DNA from: a virus
Taxonomy: Duplodnaviria; Caudoviricetes
Strand: one strand, 5' to 3'
Virus record (IMG/VR): IMGVR_UViG_3300025098_005131
DNA: 64,000 bases
The notes below the pieces were generated by a model. It did no database searches and was not told the origin of the DNA. It saw only the letters and a program-made list of their open reading frames with translations. This document shows, one piece after another, positions 9,577 through 19,470 of this stretch (the stretch's first letter is position 1; every line of letters starts with the position of its first letter). The translations under genes were made by a program, and so were the position numbers.

Positions 9577-9954
9577 CTAAGAAACCTCAAAAGTCTTTGT
9601 ATAGCAAACTTTGTAAGTTTTAAAATGACTAAATGAGCTTGTTGTTATTGCCTCAAAAGAATCTGACTCACCTATCTTTTTTGTTTTTAAAGGTCGACCA
9701 GCACAAGATTTAAACTCTTTTTTTATGCGGTTGAGTCTTGCTGTAATGTGGTGATTGGATTCTTTATTTATATGAACTACTTGAACTTGTAAATCTGATT
9801 CTCTAGCAACATTAACAATAGACATAAAAGTTATAGACATTTCTTTATTGTTAATAAGTTTTGCAACTGTTTTTCTAGAACTATCTTGACCATTTGAATA
9901 GTTAAATACATTGTCAATTGCATTGCCTAAGTTTGATACTAAATCATATTCCAT
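9577..9954 (-). CDS. Hypothetical protein upstream of terminase
   Basis: 125 aa with AAGGA RBS, ends 2 nt before the terL start. Confidence 0.55.
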   Translation of the reverse strand: MEYDLVSNLGNAIDNVFNYSNGQDSSRKTVAKLINNKEMSITFMSIVNVARESDLQVQVVHINKESNHHITARLNRIKKEFKSCAGRPLKTKKIGESDSFEAITTSSFSHFKTYKVCYTKTFEVS

Positions 9955-10003
9955 GATGTTTTCCTTTTATTTATACTATAATTATTATAATTATTAATTA
10001 AAT

Positions 10004-10270
10004 TTAATATTTGTTACTTATTTTAGGTCGCCAGCCTTGTTCCCATTTTTCTTTATTACTATAATAATAAGTATTATAACATGTATCACAGCAATTTTCT
10101 TTCTTTACTCTTTCAACATCTTCAACTGTATAGATCAAGTTTTTGCAAATTTGACAGTCAAGACTTACAGGTATGTCACCTTTAACTCTATAAAAAGTCA
10201 TGTTTTTATATGTTCTTTCTTCTTCATTGTTACCAGCATCGATCCATTCAATTTCATCTATATTCGACAT
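10004..10270 (-). CDS. Small putative Zn-binding protein
   Basis: 88 aa with CQIC...CCDTC and terminal WEQGWRP; overlaps the end of the Mre11-Rad50 gene. Confidence 0.55.
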   Translation of the reverse strand: MSNIDEIEWIDAGNNEEERTYKNMTFYRVKGDIPVSLDCQICKNLIYTVEDVERVKKENCCDTCYNTYYYSNKEKWEQGWRPKISNKY

Positions 10271-13200
10271 GTGAGTCGTTTCCTTTTCTGTTTATTTCGA
10301 TATTTTTATCTACTATATCTTTGATTGAGTCAACATGAGAAATTATCATTATTGTTTTAAAGTATTTCTTAAGACTCTTCAGAAGTCTAGAACAAGCTTC
10401 AATGTTTGAAGAGTCTAATGCACCAAAGCCTTCATCAATTATAAAAATATTAGACTTCGGCAAAGAAGAAATACTTATTAATGCAACTCTAATAGCAATT
10501 GAAGCCATCATTTTTTCCATACCACTAGCACATTCTATAATTCTTTTTGAATCCCCATAATCTATATAGACATTTAAATTAGTTCCATCATCTTCTAAAT
10601 TTATACTAAACGTAGTAACTGTTGATAAAATTTTATTGATTTCGCTATTTATTAAAGGCAAACTATTGTTTATCAACATTGTAGGTATGCCTTTTTTTGA
10701 AACTGCAAAAGAAAACAAATCATAAGACTTCCACTCGTCTATTAAACTATAATATTCTTCTTTTTTATTTTTGCATCGTACTATATTGCTTTCAATTTCA
10801 TATATACATTTATTAATTTCAATGATACTGCTTTCAAGGGACAATATCTTAGAAGTTGTATTATTTAACTCCTGTTTAACTTTTTTCATCTTTATGATTA
10901 AATCATCATTGTTGTTTGCTAACAGCTCTTGGTGTATTTTCTCTAATTCTCTGGTCTTTGATTTAAGTGCTTCTATATTGTTTAAAGATAATTCTAGCTT
11001 TTCTTGGTTTCTTTCAGTGTCAACATTAGCTTTATACTCTTTATTAAGAACACTATTGAACTTTTTAATTTTTTCTTCTAAATCTTGCTTTTCAATAGAC
11101 TTAACAGCACTTGATATCTCTAATACGTTTAAACCAATTGATCTAATTTCTTCTTCTAAAGAAGAAATGTTTTCTTTTGACTGATAAGCATCTTTTATAA
11201 ATTTACAACTTGAATATTCTTCATTACATGGTACCTCTTCTAGTATTTTAAGTCTATTTTTATTTCTATCAGTTTCTGCCTCAGCAATTACCTTGCTTCG
11301 TTTAAAATTGTCGAGTTTTTTCCTAAGGGAATCAAGCTTCTTTTTTTCTTTTTCAATATCATCTATAGAAAAGCTAGATTTAAAAATATTGATCTTTTTA
11401 AGCAAAGTAGAATCTTGATCAATTAGCAATCTATATTTGTCAACATTAGACTTGTTTTCTTCTATTTTACTACTTAGATACTTTAATTCACTCTCAGCTG
11501 ACTTTAAAGTATAACCTGATGGGTGTTTTGTTTCGTCTTTTTTAAGACTTGCAATTTCAACATTAAGCTTAACTTCTTTTTCTCTTAATTGTGACAAGAA
11601 ATTTTTTGCTTTATTTTCTTCGTTTTTATTTTCATTTATGTCAGAGTTATAGTTTTCAATTATCTGATCCCAGTTTTCTTCTTTAATGTTTTTGTATTTA
11701 TTTTTTAAAACAATATAATCTTCTCTAGACTTTTTGTAAAGCTCTTCGTATAAATCTAAATTTAAAAATTTTGCCAAGACGCTTTTTCTTGCGCTCGACT
11801 TTTCTTTTATAAAAGCATTAATTTCTCCTTGTGATGCAAAAGAAGTATAAAGAAAATCTTCTGGAGTGCCAATCATAGATTTAAGTATTTTTTCAGTTTC
11901 TCTTCTTTGTTCTTCTGTTTTATCAGAGTTGTTATTTAGGTTCTTTAAAGAAAGACTTGTTGATGAGGAAATTTCTCCATTATTTTTAGACTTTTTAACA
12001 GTTTTTCTTTTAACACTATACTTTTCGCAGTTATACGATAATTCTATTTCTGCATCACAAAAACCTTTTCTAGTATTAACAATACTCTGATTTTTAATCG
12101 ATCCTCTGTCTGTACTGTTAAATAAGCAATACATCAAAGTTCCAGGAATAGAGGATTTTCCTGCCCTATTGTTTCCAAAAACACCTACCACACCATTTAA
12201 TTTATCAAAATTAATATAGTTTTCTTTCCCATAAGAAAATGTGTTATTAAACTTAATATTGTTTATACACCAGTCTTTGTTAACAAAAGATGCCAAGTTC
12301 TGAGGTATTTGGTCTAGATATTTGTCAAATAAACTACTAACGGTTTCTTTTAATTCATCTTGAATTGTTTCGCCTAAAAGGTCAGAAATTAAATTTTTTC
12401 TGCTTGATTTTGATCTTACATCAAATATTTCTGCTTTTTCTTTGCTGATATTTTTAACTTCAAAGCTATCTTTACCTGTATTCTGGTATACGATTTCTTT
12501 TGCTTTTTTCTCTTCTTTTAGATAATGATGGAGAAGTTTTATTTCTACTTGTGAGATGTTATTATTTGATCTGATTCTAAATCTAGACTTACTCTTTACT
12601 TTTGCAAGATAGGGTATAGTTTTTTCAACAGAACCTTTCCAGTCAATTGTAATAAAAGGACTAGGATTCTCTATTGAAATAAACTTACTGTCATATTCAT
12701 TAGCGTTTTTAATGTTCCAAAGCAAAAATCCTTTTTTGATATCTTCACCGTAGTTTTGCTGAATTGTTGAACCTGGATACGCTACTCTTTTTTCATCGTC
12801 TAAATACTGCTTTTTATGAATATCTCCTAAAAAAGAAAAATCGTAATCTTCAAAAAAAGAAAGATTTACTTCGCCCTCAAGTTCCCAATCAATATCAGTT
12901 TTTGAACCCCAAACTGCTCCGTGAAAACAGGCAATGTTAATATCACCTTTTACAGGTTTAACGTTTATCCAATTTTCTTCGTCAAAGCATGAAAAAACAC
13001 ACCAGTTAATTACTTTATTGTCAGCCGTTGTAAAAGCTGGATATACACCACTTTCCTTGTAGAGCTTTATATTAGGATTGTTTAAGGCACTAATAATAGG
13101 AGATATTGCATCTTGTCTGTCTTTATTTAAAATAAGACCATCATGGTTTCCCAGTATTATATGAGTAGGAGCAATATCAGCTAAGCTTTTAAACCACCAG

Positions 13201-13391
13201 TTTAAATTATCAATTAACTCTGGCGAAATACCTTGTGTTTTTGAATGTACAATGTCACCGCCAATAAAAATTAAATCTGGGCTTTCTTCACGAAGTCTTT
13301 TAAATAATTTTTCAAATACGGCTTTATACTCTTCATGTCTTTTTAGACCACGCCAATGAACGTCTGATATATGTGCACAAGTAAAATTCAT
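10254..13391 (-). CDS. Fused Mre11/SbcD nuclease - Rad50/SbcC SMC ATPase (T4 gp47+gp46 in one chain)
   Basis: Phosphoesterase motifs SDVH, GGDIVH, GNHD, FHG and GDIHK; Walker A GNNRAGKSS; long coiled coil; signature ASGME; Walker B IFIIDEGFG; H-loop IISH. Likely start is ATG at 13391 with AAGGA RBS (ORF track start 13421). Confidence 0.92.
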   Translation of the reverse strand: MNFTCAHISDVHWRGLKRHEEYKAVFEKLFKRLREESPDLIFIGGDIVHSKTQGISPELIDNLNWWFKSLADIAPTHIILGNHDGLILNKDRQDAISPIISALNNPNIKLYKESGVYPAFTTADNKVINWCVFSCFDEENWINVKPVKGDINIACFHGAVWGSKTDIDWELEGEVNLSFFEDYDFSFLGDIHKKQYLDDEKRVAYPGSTIQQNYGEDIKKGFLLWNIKNANEYDSKFISIENPSPFITIDWKGSVEKTIPYLAKVKSKSRFRIRSNNNISQVEIKLLHHYLKEEKKAKEIVYQNTGKDSFEVKNISKEKAEIFDVRSKSSRKNLISDLLGETIQDELKETVSSLFDKYLDQIPQNLASFVNKDWCINNIKFNNTFSYGKENYINFDKLNGVVGVFGNNRAGKSSIPGTLMYCLFNSTDRGSIKNQSIVNTRKGFCDAEIELSYNCEKYSVKRKTVKKSKNNGEISSSTSLSLKNLNNNSDKTEEQRRETEKILKSMIGTPEDFLYTSFASQGEINAFIKEKSSARKSVLAKFLNLDLYEELYKKSREDYIVLKNKYKNIKEENWDQIIENYNSDINENKNEENKAKNFLSQLREKEVKLNVEIASLKKDETKHPSGYTLKSAESELKYLSSKIEENKSNVDKYRLLIDQDSTLLKKINIFKSSFSIDDIEKEKKKLDSLRKKLDNFKRSKVIAEAETDRNKNRLKILEEVPCNEEYSSCKFIKDAYQSKENISSLEEEIRSIGLNVLEISSAVKSIEKQDLEEKIKKFNSVLNKEYKANVDTERNQEKLELSLNNIEALKSKTRELEKIHQELLANNNDDLIIKMKKVKQELNNTTSKILSLESSIIEINKCIYEIESNIVRCKNKKEEYYSLIDEWKSYDLFSFAVSKKGIPTMLINNSLPLINSEINKILSTVTTFSINLEDDGTNLNVYIDYGDSKRIIECASGMEKMMASIAIRVALISISSLPKSNIFIIDEGFGALDSSNIEACSRLLKSLKKYFKTIMIISHVDSIKDIVDKNIEINRKGNDSHVEYR

Positions 13392-13398
13392 GTTTTCC

Positions 13399-14385
13399 TT
13401 AAAGTTGTGATATTTTTGCAAGTAGAGAATCGTTTTGTTTAAACTCTTTTGAGTCTGTTAAGCATTGATTAAATTGAGACTTTGACATATCACCAACATC
13501 GTCTGCAATTCTTGTGTCAAGTATATTAACTTTTACATCATAAGCTGTCAAAAGCTTTGCAATTTTTAAAGATTTATGGTATACGTCACTATCAAGCGCA
13601 AGATTTATTTCTGTTTTGTTTTTTACAATTTCTTGAAATAAAAGCATATCTTCTGTCAATGAAGATCCTAGCAAACAAGTTGCATTATCATTTGTTTTTA
13701 ACAAGTCAAGAGGCCCTTCTACAAGAGTTAAAGGTATGTTCCAATCAATGTTTATTTCGTTAAAAATAACATTCTTTTTAGAAACATTTGCATTTTTATA
13801 TTTTATAGGACTATTAGAATCAACATCGATATTTCGTGAAGTATAAAAATTTAAATCACCTTTTTTGTCTAATGAAGGTATTATTAAGCTTCGACGAAAC
13901 TCTGGATCACTAGAATAGCCCAGTCTAAGCATCCACATTTTATGTTTATCGACCCCTCTTTTGACTGCATATTTGAAAACTTTTAAGGTGTCTGGATTGT
14001 TCGAGCTGAAAGCGTTCACAAGCAAACTAAAACCATTTGGTATGTTTACTTGTTCTTCTTCGATTTCAAATATTTCTTCATTAAATAAGTTAATATTTAA
14101 ATCAAATGATTTTTTATGCTTTTTCGGGAATAAAGCAAGTGCTTCTTTTTGTTTTGATGGATTAATCTTGTTTATTAAGTAAGATATGTCACTTCCTTTT
14201 TTACCGCACAACCAACAATGAAACAAATCTTTTTCTAGATGAATTGCAAGTTTTAGCTTTGATTTGTTTTCGTGCTTACAGAAAGGACACCATATACTTA
14301 GGTTTTTGCCATCGTTTGAAAGTAAAGATCTATATACTATAGATTCAATAAAATCAATTTTTTTGTATGTTTGTATTTGTGTCAT
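13399..14385 (-). CDS. DNA primase (DnaG/gp61-like, Zn finger + TOPRIM)
   Basis: CPFC...HCWLC zinc finger; TOPRIM motifs LVEGPLD, LALDSD and DVGDM. Confidence 0.88.
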   Translation of the reverse strand: MTQIQTYKKIDFIESIVYRSLLSNDGKNLSIWCPFCKHENKSKLKLAIHLEKDLFHCWLCGKKGSDISYLINKINPSKQKEALALFPKKHKKSFDLNINLFNEEIFEIEEEQVNIPNGFSLLVNAFSSNNPDTLKVFKYAVKRGVDKHKMWMLRLGYSSDPEFRRSLIIPSLDKKGDLNFYTSRNIDVDSNSPIKYKNANVSKKNVIFNEINIDWNIPLTLVEGPLDLLKTNDNATCLLGSSLTEDMLLFQEIVKNKTEINLALDSDVYHKSLKIAKLLTAYDVKVNILDTRIADDVGDMSKSQFNQCLTDSKEFKQNDSLLAKISQL

Positions 14386-14941
14386 AATTTAATGCCTTAC
14401 ATATAACATATGCGTCAGACATATCATAACAAGATTCATCAAATTTTACAAGCCCTTTATTAGGACCACTTTTCAATATTTTTTCAGGCCAAGAAAATTC
14501 CCTGGTATCTTCCTGCAATTTTACCCACTGAAATACTTGCTCTTTAGTTGACTCTTTACTTTTTCTATCTAACTTTATTTCTAAGTTCTTTCTGGCACTG
14601 TTAACATTTAAGTAAATAGGAGTGCTTAAATAAACTTCAGCAGCAATATATGATACAATGCCATTAAACCTATTAAGTTGAGATAAAGTCTTTGCAGAAG
14701 AAAAACCTTTACTAAATGACTGAAATGATTCTTCTATGATAATTTTTAAGTCTTTGTTTATAATATAGTTATTTTTTAATTCACTAAAATAATCTTTTAC
14801 ACGTTTTGACTTTTCAAATATACATTTTGTTTTTTTTAAATTAATATTATGTAAATTTATCATTCTTCTATTAGAATCTAAAAGACATATACCTATAATT
14901 GATGTAGAGATATCTAAACCAATATAACTTACTTCACTCAT
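14354..14941 (-). CDS. RuvC-like Holliday junction resolvase
   Basis: RNase H-fold acidic motifs IGLDIST, IIIEES and DMSDAYVI. Confidence 0.75.
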   Translation of the reverse strand: MSEVSYIGLDISTSIIGICLLDSNRRMINLHNINLKKTKCIFEKSKRVKDYFSELKNNYIINKDLKIIIEESFQSFSKGFSSAKTLSQLNRFNGIVSYIAAEVYLSTPIYLNVNSARKNLEIKLDRKSKESTKEQVFQWVKLQEDTREFSWPEKILKSGPNKGLVKFDESCYDMSDAYVICKALNYDTNTNIQKN

Positions 14942-17900
14942 TCAATAATCCAACTTTAATCTAAATAATACATTATCTGAAGATTTTTTAGCAAAAGGCT
15001 TAGCTAATTTAGCTTTTGCAACGACATTAAGATTTTCATCATGTATGTTTATATCTGTAATATAAACAAAACTTTCGTCTGCGTTAAACGCAGATTCATT
15101 ATGCCTTAAATCTTCATTATATGAAGTATTTCTAGAAAAATTAGATTCTCCTTCGAAAGCAGGAAGATTAAGCTCAAAAACATTAATACTAGAAGAAGAA
15201 TTAAACGTTATTTTAAATGTATCTCTACCAAAATTTTCTAAGGATGGATGTAATACAGAACAAATGCCTTCTTTGTATAAGACATGACCAACTGTATTCC
15301 AATCAGCATGCTTTGTATTACAGTCAGCACGATAAAGACCTCCCTTTCCGTTATCTTTAAGCCTAACTTTAACAGACCCAAGAGTTCCACCTAAACTACC
15401 ATCATATATTTCAAAAGACTCTTTTTTGATTTCGTTACCAAAAACTTGTGTTGAAATACAAAAACTAGTAGAATGAATTTCACTTAAACTTCTTGTCAAG
15501 TCGTAATAAGGAGCATCTAGTTTAAAATAAGGAATAGATTCGTTTTCATTAATACTTTTTGTAAAAACTGGAGCACTAAAAGTATCAATACTATTAGTAA
15601 TATTATTATTAATTACTCTAGAAACAGGATTTGAAAGATCTCTAAAGAAAGACAGTGGAGTTGTTACAAAAAAGTCGGCATCCGCTTTGTCGTATCTAAG
15701 TAGCAAAGTCATAGAATTATTAATGTTGTAATTGATTCTGTGATAGTTTCTCAAAGAAGCATTTTTAAACTTGTTATAAGAAGATCTAAAAGTCTTTCCA
15801 GATTCTATTGTAATTAAGTCTCTTTCATCTTCAGGTAAAATAAAAGTTTGATCAGCATTAATTAATTCTTGGAAACCTGATATTAACTGTAATTTTTCTG
15901 GTTTTTCTATTACAATTTCATTATCATATACTTTTTCCAAGTCTATATAACTCAAGTCTTCTCTACCATTCAATATATGTGAAAAGCCGTCATAGTTATC
16001 ATAATATCCTTTGAAATTGCTATAATCCATATAATGCAAACCATTATCGCATGGCATAATAAAATTGTTTTTATAGTAGAAGTTTGCTATTGAACTATGA
16101 GAAGAAGTAGCAATTTCATCATCATCTGGACTGCCAGCTCCTGAGCCAAAATAAGCTGGCAAGTCTAAAATTTCATGATTTAAAATTTTTTCTTCTTCAT
16201 TAGAAGAATACAGCATGTCAAGAGTTTGTCTACCTAATTTACAGTCTTCATTCCTACTATTATTACTATGGAAAAGAAAACTCGCATATTTATAAAAGCT
16301 TTCGTCATCATTAAAGTTATGACCAAAAACAACATTAGGTCTAACTTTCTTTTTAAATTCGACTACGAAAGCATCAACATTTACTTCGTGACCAAAGCAT
16401 TTATTTAAAAAGTAAGGATTGACAGGGCTTCTGTACGCAGCATTAACTGTAGAGATTTCCGAACCAGTGTATTCATTGTTTGTAGCTATACTAGTGTAGC
16501 CGGAGTCATTAATGTTATATATTGAACTTCTTGCAACGTAATCATCATAATACAATACAGGCACAGAAAATACAAGGTTTTCTTCAGTAAAGTCTGTAAT
16601 GTTTTTAAACATTATTTTTTTATTTATATCTTCTACAAATTCACTGTAGATTCTTATATCATACAAATCAGCATTAAGTCCAAGTGACACAGTTTCATAA
16701 GCTCCGTCGTTATCATTGATTATAAAGTCAGTTGGCTCTCCTCTCCTTCTCTGAGGTTCACCAATCTTGACAATTTTAGTTCCCATAAAAAAATAAAATT
16801 TATCTGCATTTCTAGGACTGAATGTTTCTGGCACCCCTAATAGTGTATCTGAATTATTAAAGTCTGTGCCGAAAGATATGTTTTTATTTATAAAAGGACC
16901 TAAATTATCATCATCAGCATCTCTATCTCTTGAGAATAAAAGCTTGAAAGCACTTTCTAGCTTTATAAGTGGTGGGCTGTGATCTTGATGAGATAAACTG
17001 TTGATTCTATTTCCTATAGATATAATATTGTTTCCTAATCTAGAAATTTTTTTTAAGCTTAAACCCTGGAGTTTACTTTTTTCTATATTTTTAAAATCAT
17101 CATTAAAAAAGACTCCAAAATCACTATTATTTATCTGATTTGTATAATTTTGATAAACTTTGTGTCTAAATTCTTGTTTGCAAAAATTAACATTGTCAAC
17201 GTCAATTAAAATATTCCATTTATGTGTACTCGTGGTTTGTCCATGACCGCTGGTGACCGGACTTGGATCTCCTAAGTATTTGAGTCTTATACAAACATTA
17301 TGCCAACTATTATGATTTAAAACATTTTTTTTTGTAAAAAATATTTTATTTTGATAGTGTGCACCTTCATCATCATTGATAAGACGACCTGACCCTTGTG
17401 TAGTATAATTATCGTTGCTACTACTACCTCTAAGATTGCTTAAATCGTTCCCAAAAGTATCAACACCAACTACTACGCATATATTAAATTTATCTGTTTT
17501 GTTTTCTTCATCAAGAGAATCTCCTGGTAAAATATAAACACTTATTAAGCCAGGAATATGTAATATACAACCTGGATTATAATAATGAATATCTTCATCA
17601 CTTAGTTTTATATTTTGTTGTCTTGGGTTAATCCAAAAAGACACAGTCATATCGTCGTTTTTTAAAAAGTCGTAAGCTTGTTTTTCATCTTCAAGTCTGT
17701 TTGGGTAAAACAGTCCGTTAGCATGAGAATATTGACGAGTAAATTCAGCCTGATTTCTAGCTGTATCTTTTTTAGAAATTGTAAAAAAGCTTAAACAGTT
17801 AAAATTAGTAAAACCCCAAGAAGGATTAATTACTCTATGCTGCATATTGTTCTTATAATAATTAAAGAGATTTTTTATTGACTTTTTCTTAAAGTAATTA

Positions 17901-18256
17901 CTATCTTCAACAATATACTGCTGCTTTACTTTTTCTACACCAAATTTGAAATCTTTTGAATTATCTAAAAATAAGTTGTCATTTTCAGAAAAGGTTTGTC
18001 CAACTTGAACAGAATCTCCCAGCGAGCCTTTTACGTTGTAATATCTATCACCCGCGCCACTCTCGTCGCTGTTATTATATACAATTGACTTTGCGTTTAC
18101 TTGACCAAAAGTTCCAGATTCGTTAACGCCTAAATCTTCTTTTATTGCATTTGTAATATTTTCTGATTCATCAGTAACAAAAGTGTATTCTACTTGAGGC
18201 TGTAACTCTATTTTATTTTTAGTCACCATGTTGTTGCTGATTAGATTTAAAGGCAT
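14942..18256 (-). CDS. Tail/baseplate-associated protein with LamG-like domain and tail-collar-like C-terminus
   Basis: LamG-like strands MTVSFWINP, WHNVCI and LYDIRIYS; C-terminal YITDINIHDENLNVVAKAKLAKP...RLKLDY. Confidence 0.55.
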   Translation of the reverse strand: MPLNLISNNMVTKNKIELQPQVEYTFVTDESENITNAIKEDLGVNESGTFGQVNAKSIVYNNSDESGAGDRYYNVKGSLGDSVQVGQTFSENDNLFLDNSKDFKFGVEKVKQQYIVEDSNYFKKKSIKNLFNYYKNNMQHRVINPSWGFTNFNCLSFFTISKKDTARNQAEFTRQYSHANGLFYPNRLEDEKQAYDFLKNDDMTVSFWINPRQQNIKLSDEDIHYYNPGCILHIPGLISVYILPGDSLDEENKTDKFNICVVVGVDTFGNDLSNLRGSSSNDNYTTQGSGRLINDDEGAHYQNKIFFTKKNVLNHNSWHNVCIRLKYLGDPSPVTSGHGQTTSTHKWNILIDVDNVNFCKQEFRHKVYQNYTNQINNSDFGVFFNDDFKNIEKSKLQGLSLKKISRLGNNIISIGNRINSLSHQDHSPPLIKLESAFKLLFSRDRDADDDNLGPFINKNISFGTDFNNSDTLLGVPETFSPRNADKFYFFMGTKIVKIGEPQRRRGEPTDFIINDNDGAYETVSLGLNADLYDIRIYSEFVEDINKKIMFKNITDFTEENLVFSVPVLYYDDYVARSSIYNINDSGYTSIATNNEYTGSEISTVNAAYRSPVNPYFLNKCFGHEVNVDAFVVEFKKKVRPNVVFGHNFNDDESFYKYASFLFHSNNSRNEDCKLGRQTLDMLYSSNEEEKILNHEILDLPAYFGSGAGSPDDDEIATSSHSSIANFYYKNNFIMPCDNGLHYMDYSNFKGYYDNYDGFSHILNGREDLSYIDLEKVYDNEIVIEKPEKLQLISGFQELINADQTFILPEDERDLITIESGKTFRSSYNKFKNASLRNYHRINYNINNSMTLLLRYDKADADFFVTTPLSFFRDLSNPVSRVINNNITNSIDTFSAPVFTKSINENESIPYFKLDAPYYDLTRSLSEIHSTSFCISTQVFGNEIKKESFEIYDGSLGGTLGSVKVRLKDNGKGGLYRADCNTKHADWNTVGHVLYKEGICSVLHPSLENFGRDTFKITFNSSSSINVFELNLPAFEGESNFSRNTSYNEDLRHNESAFNADESFVYITDINIHDENLNVVAKAKLAKPFAKKSSDNVLFRLKLDY

Positions 18257-18270
18257 GATATCACTTTCTT

Positions 18271-19452
18271 TTAAAAGTCTAGTCTTACGCTAATAGATAA
18301 GTCAACTTCTGGATTTTTTTCAATAGGCCTAGAAGTCTTTGCAACAGCAACTAAGTCATTTCCTGAATATAGACCAATTGTAGTTACATAAGAAAAAGGA
18401 TCGTCACCTTTGTCTTGAATACATCTAATTGTCCCATCATCGTCTGTGTATGTTGGATTTGAAGAATAATTGCAATCATTAGGTCCTACTCTAGCAATAT
18501 AAATACTCGAATTAATACTTGTTGTATTTATAAATCCCATTGCAGATTGAACTGCCGTACCAAATCTAGTACCACATATATGATTTAAAATTTGATCAAT
18601 CGAAGCAACTTTCCACAAATCTAAAATCTTATTACCGCCACCCTCAACCCACGTTTCTGTGCCAGACAATGTCGCTACATCGCCTGTTAATACTTGATCC
18701 ACGTTAAATACTTTTTCTGCATCAAGTATTACTATGCCTTTATCATAAAAGATCAAACCGACGTTACTTGAACTATCAGGCGATTTAATATTTCCAATTG
18801 CACCACCGATTGATGTAATGCTTAGATTACTACTTGCGTCACTGTCAGTATATAGATTAAATTCATTCGTGTCTGACCCGACGACGTCAAGATCAACTAC
18901 ATCATTATTATTGGCAGCTGATGTATCATTGTATAACTTTATTGAAAACTGGTCTTTGTCTAAGCCGTCTCGAGTAAAAAGTCTTTTTATGTTAATAAAA
19001 ATTGGGTAATCAATTCTTGAAGCATCATCGCTACTAGAATATGGGCTATGAAAAGACGCAGATGAATCACCTAATAATACTTGTGCGTATTGTTTATAAA
19101 TATTTACTTTTTCTCTACCCATTAAAAAAGTATCTGCAAAATTTAATTTTCCATTATTGTCAACTTGAATCGTTTCATCACAAACCTCAAAAGAACCATT
19201 TGCGTTTGCTTTTGCATAAGCACCAATTGTAATATCAAGCATTTCATTAGAAGTTTGCAATGAAAAGTTCTGATCAAACACAGTATGAAAAAGAGAACTC
19301 GTTATATCAGGTGTTCCAGACTTTGTAAATACGTCGTATGTTTTTCTGCTAGAAGTTGATGCAATATCAGCTTGTATTATGTCGACTAATTGTCTTACTT
19401 TTGATTGTTTTACAACTATATCTTCGTTGCTAAAGTTTCCTCTAAATGCCAT
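18271..19452 (-). CDS. Tail/baseplate structural protein with tail-collar-like C-terminus
   Basis: C-terminal YVTTIGLYSGNDLVAVAKTSRPIEK...VRLDF, paralogous to the C-terminus of 14942-18256. Confidence 0.55.
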   Translation of the reverse strand: MAFRGNFSNEDIVVKQSKVRQLVDIIQADIASTSSRKTYDVFTKSGTPDITSSLFHTVFDQNFSLQTSNEMLDITIGAYAKANANGSFEVCDETIQVDNNGKLNFADTFLMGREKVNIYKQYAQVLLGDSSASFHSPYSSSDDASRIDYPIFINIKRLFTRDGLDKDQFSIKLYNDTSAANNNDVVDLDVVGSDTNEFNLYTDSDASSNLSITSIGGAIGNIKSPDSSSNVGLIFYDKGIVILDAEKVFNVDQVLTGDVATLSGTETWVEGGGNKILDLWKVASIDQILNHICGTRFGTAVQSAMGFINTTSINSSIYIARVGPNDCNYSSNPTYTDDDGTIRCIQDKGDDPFSYVTTIGLYSGNDLVAVAKTSRPIEKNPEVDLSISVRLDF

Positions 19453-19470
19453 TTTCTATAGTCCTTCTTT

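Noticed and set aside
9968-9975. Exact T4 late promoter TATAAATA upstream of the 125-aa ORF
   Set aside because: It abuts the RBS so closely that a transcript would start inside the SD. It is a single instance in AT-rich DNA, and the nearby ATAATTAT copies fit the broader motif better.
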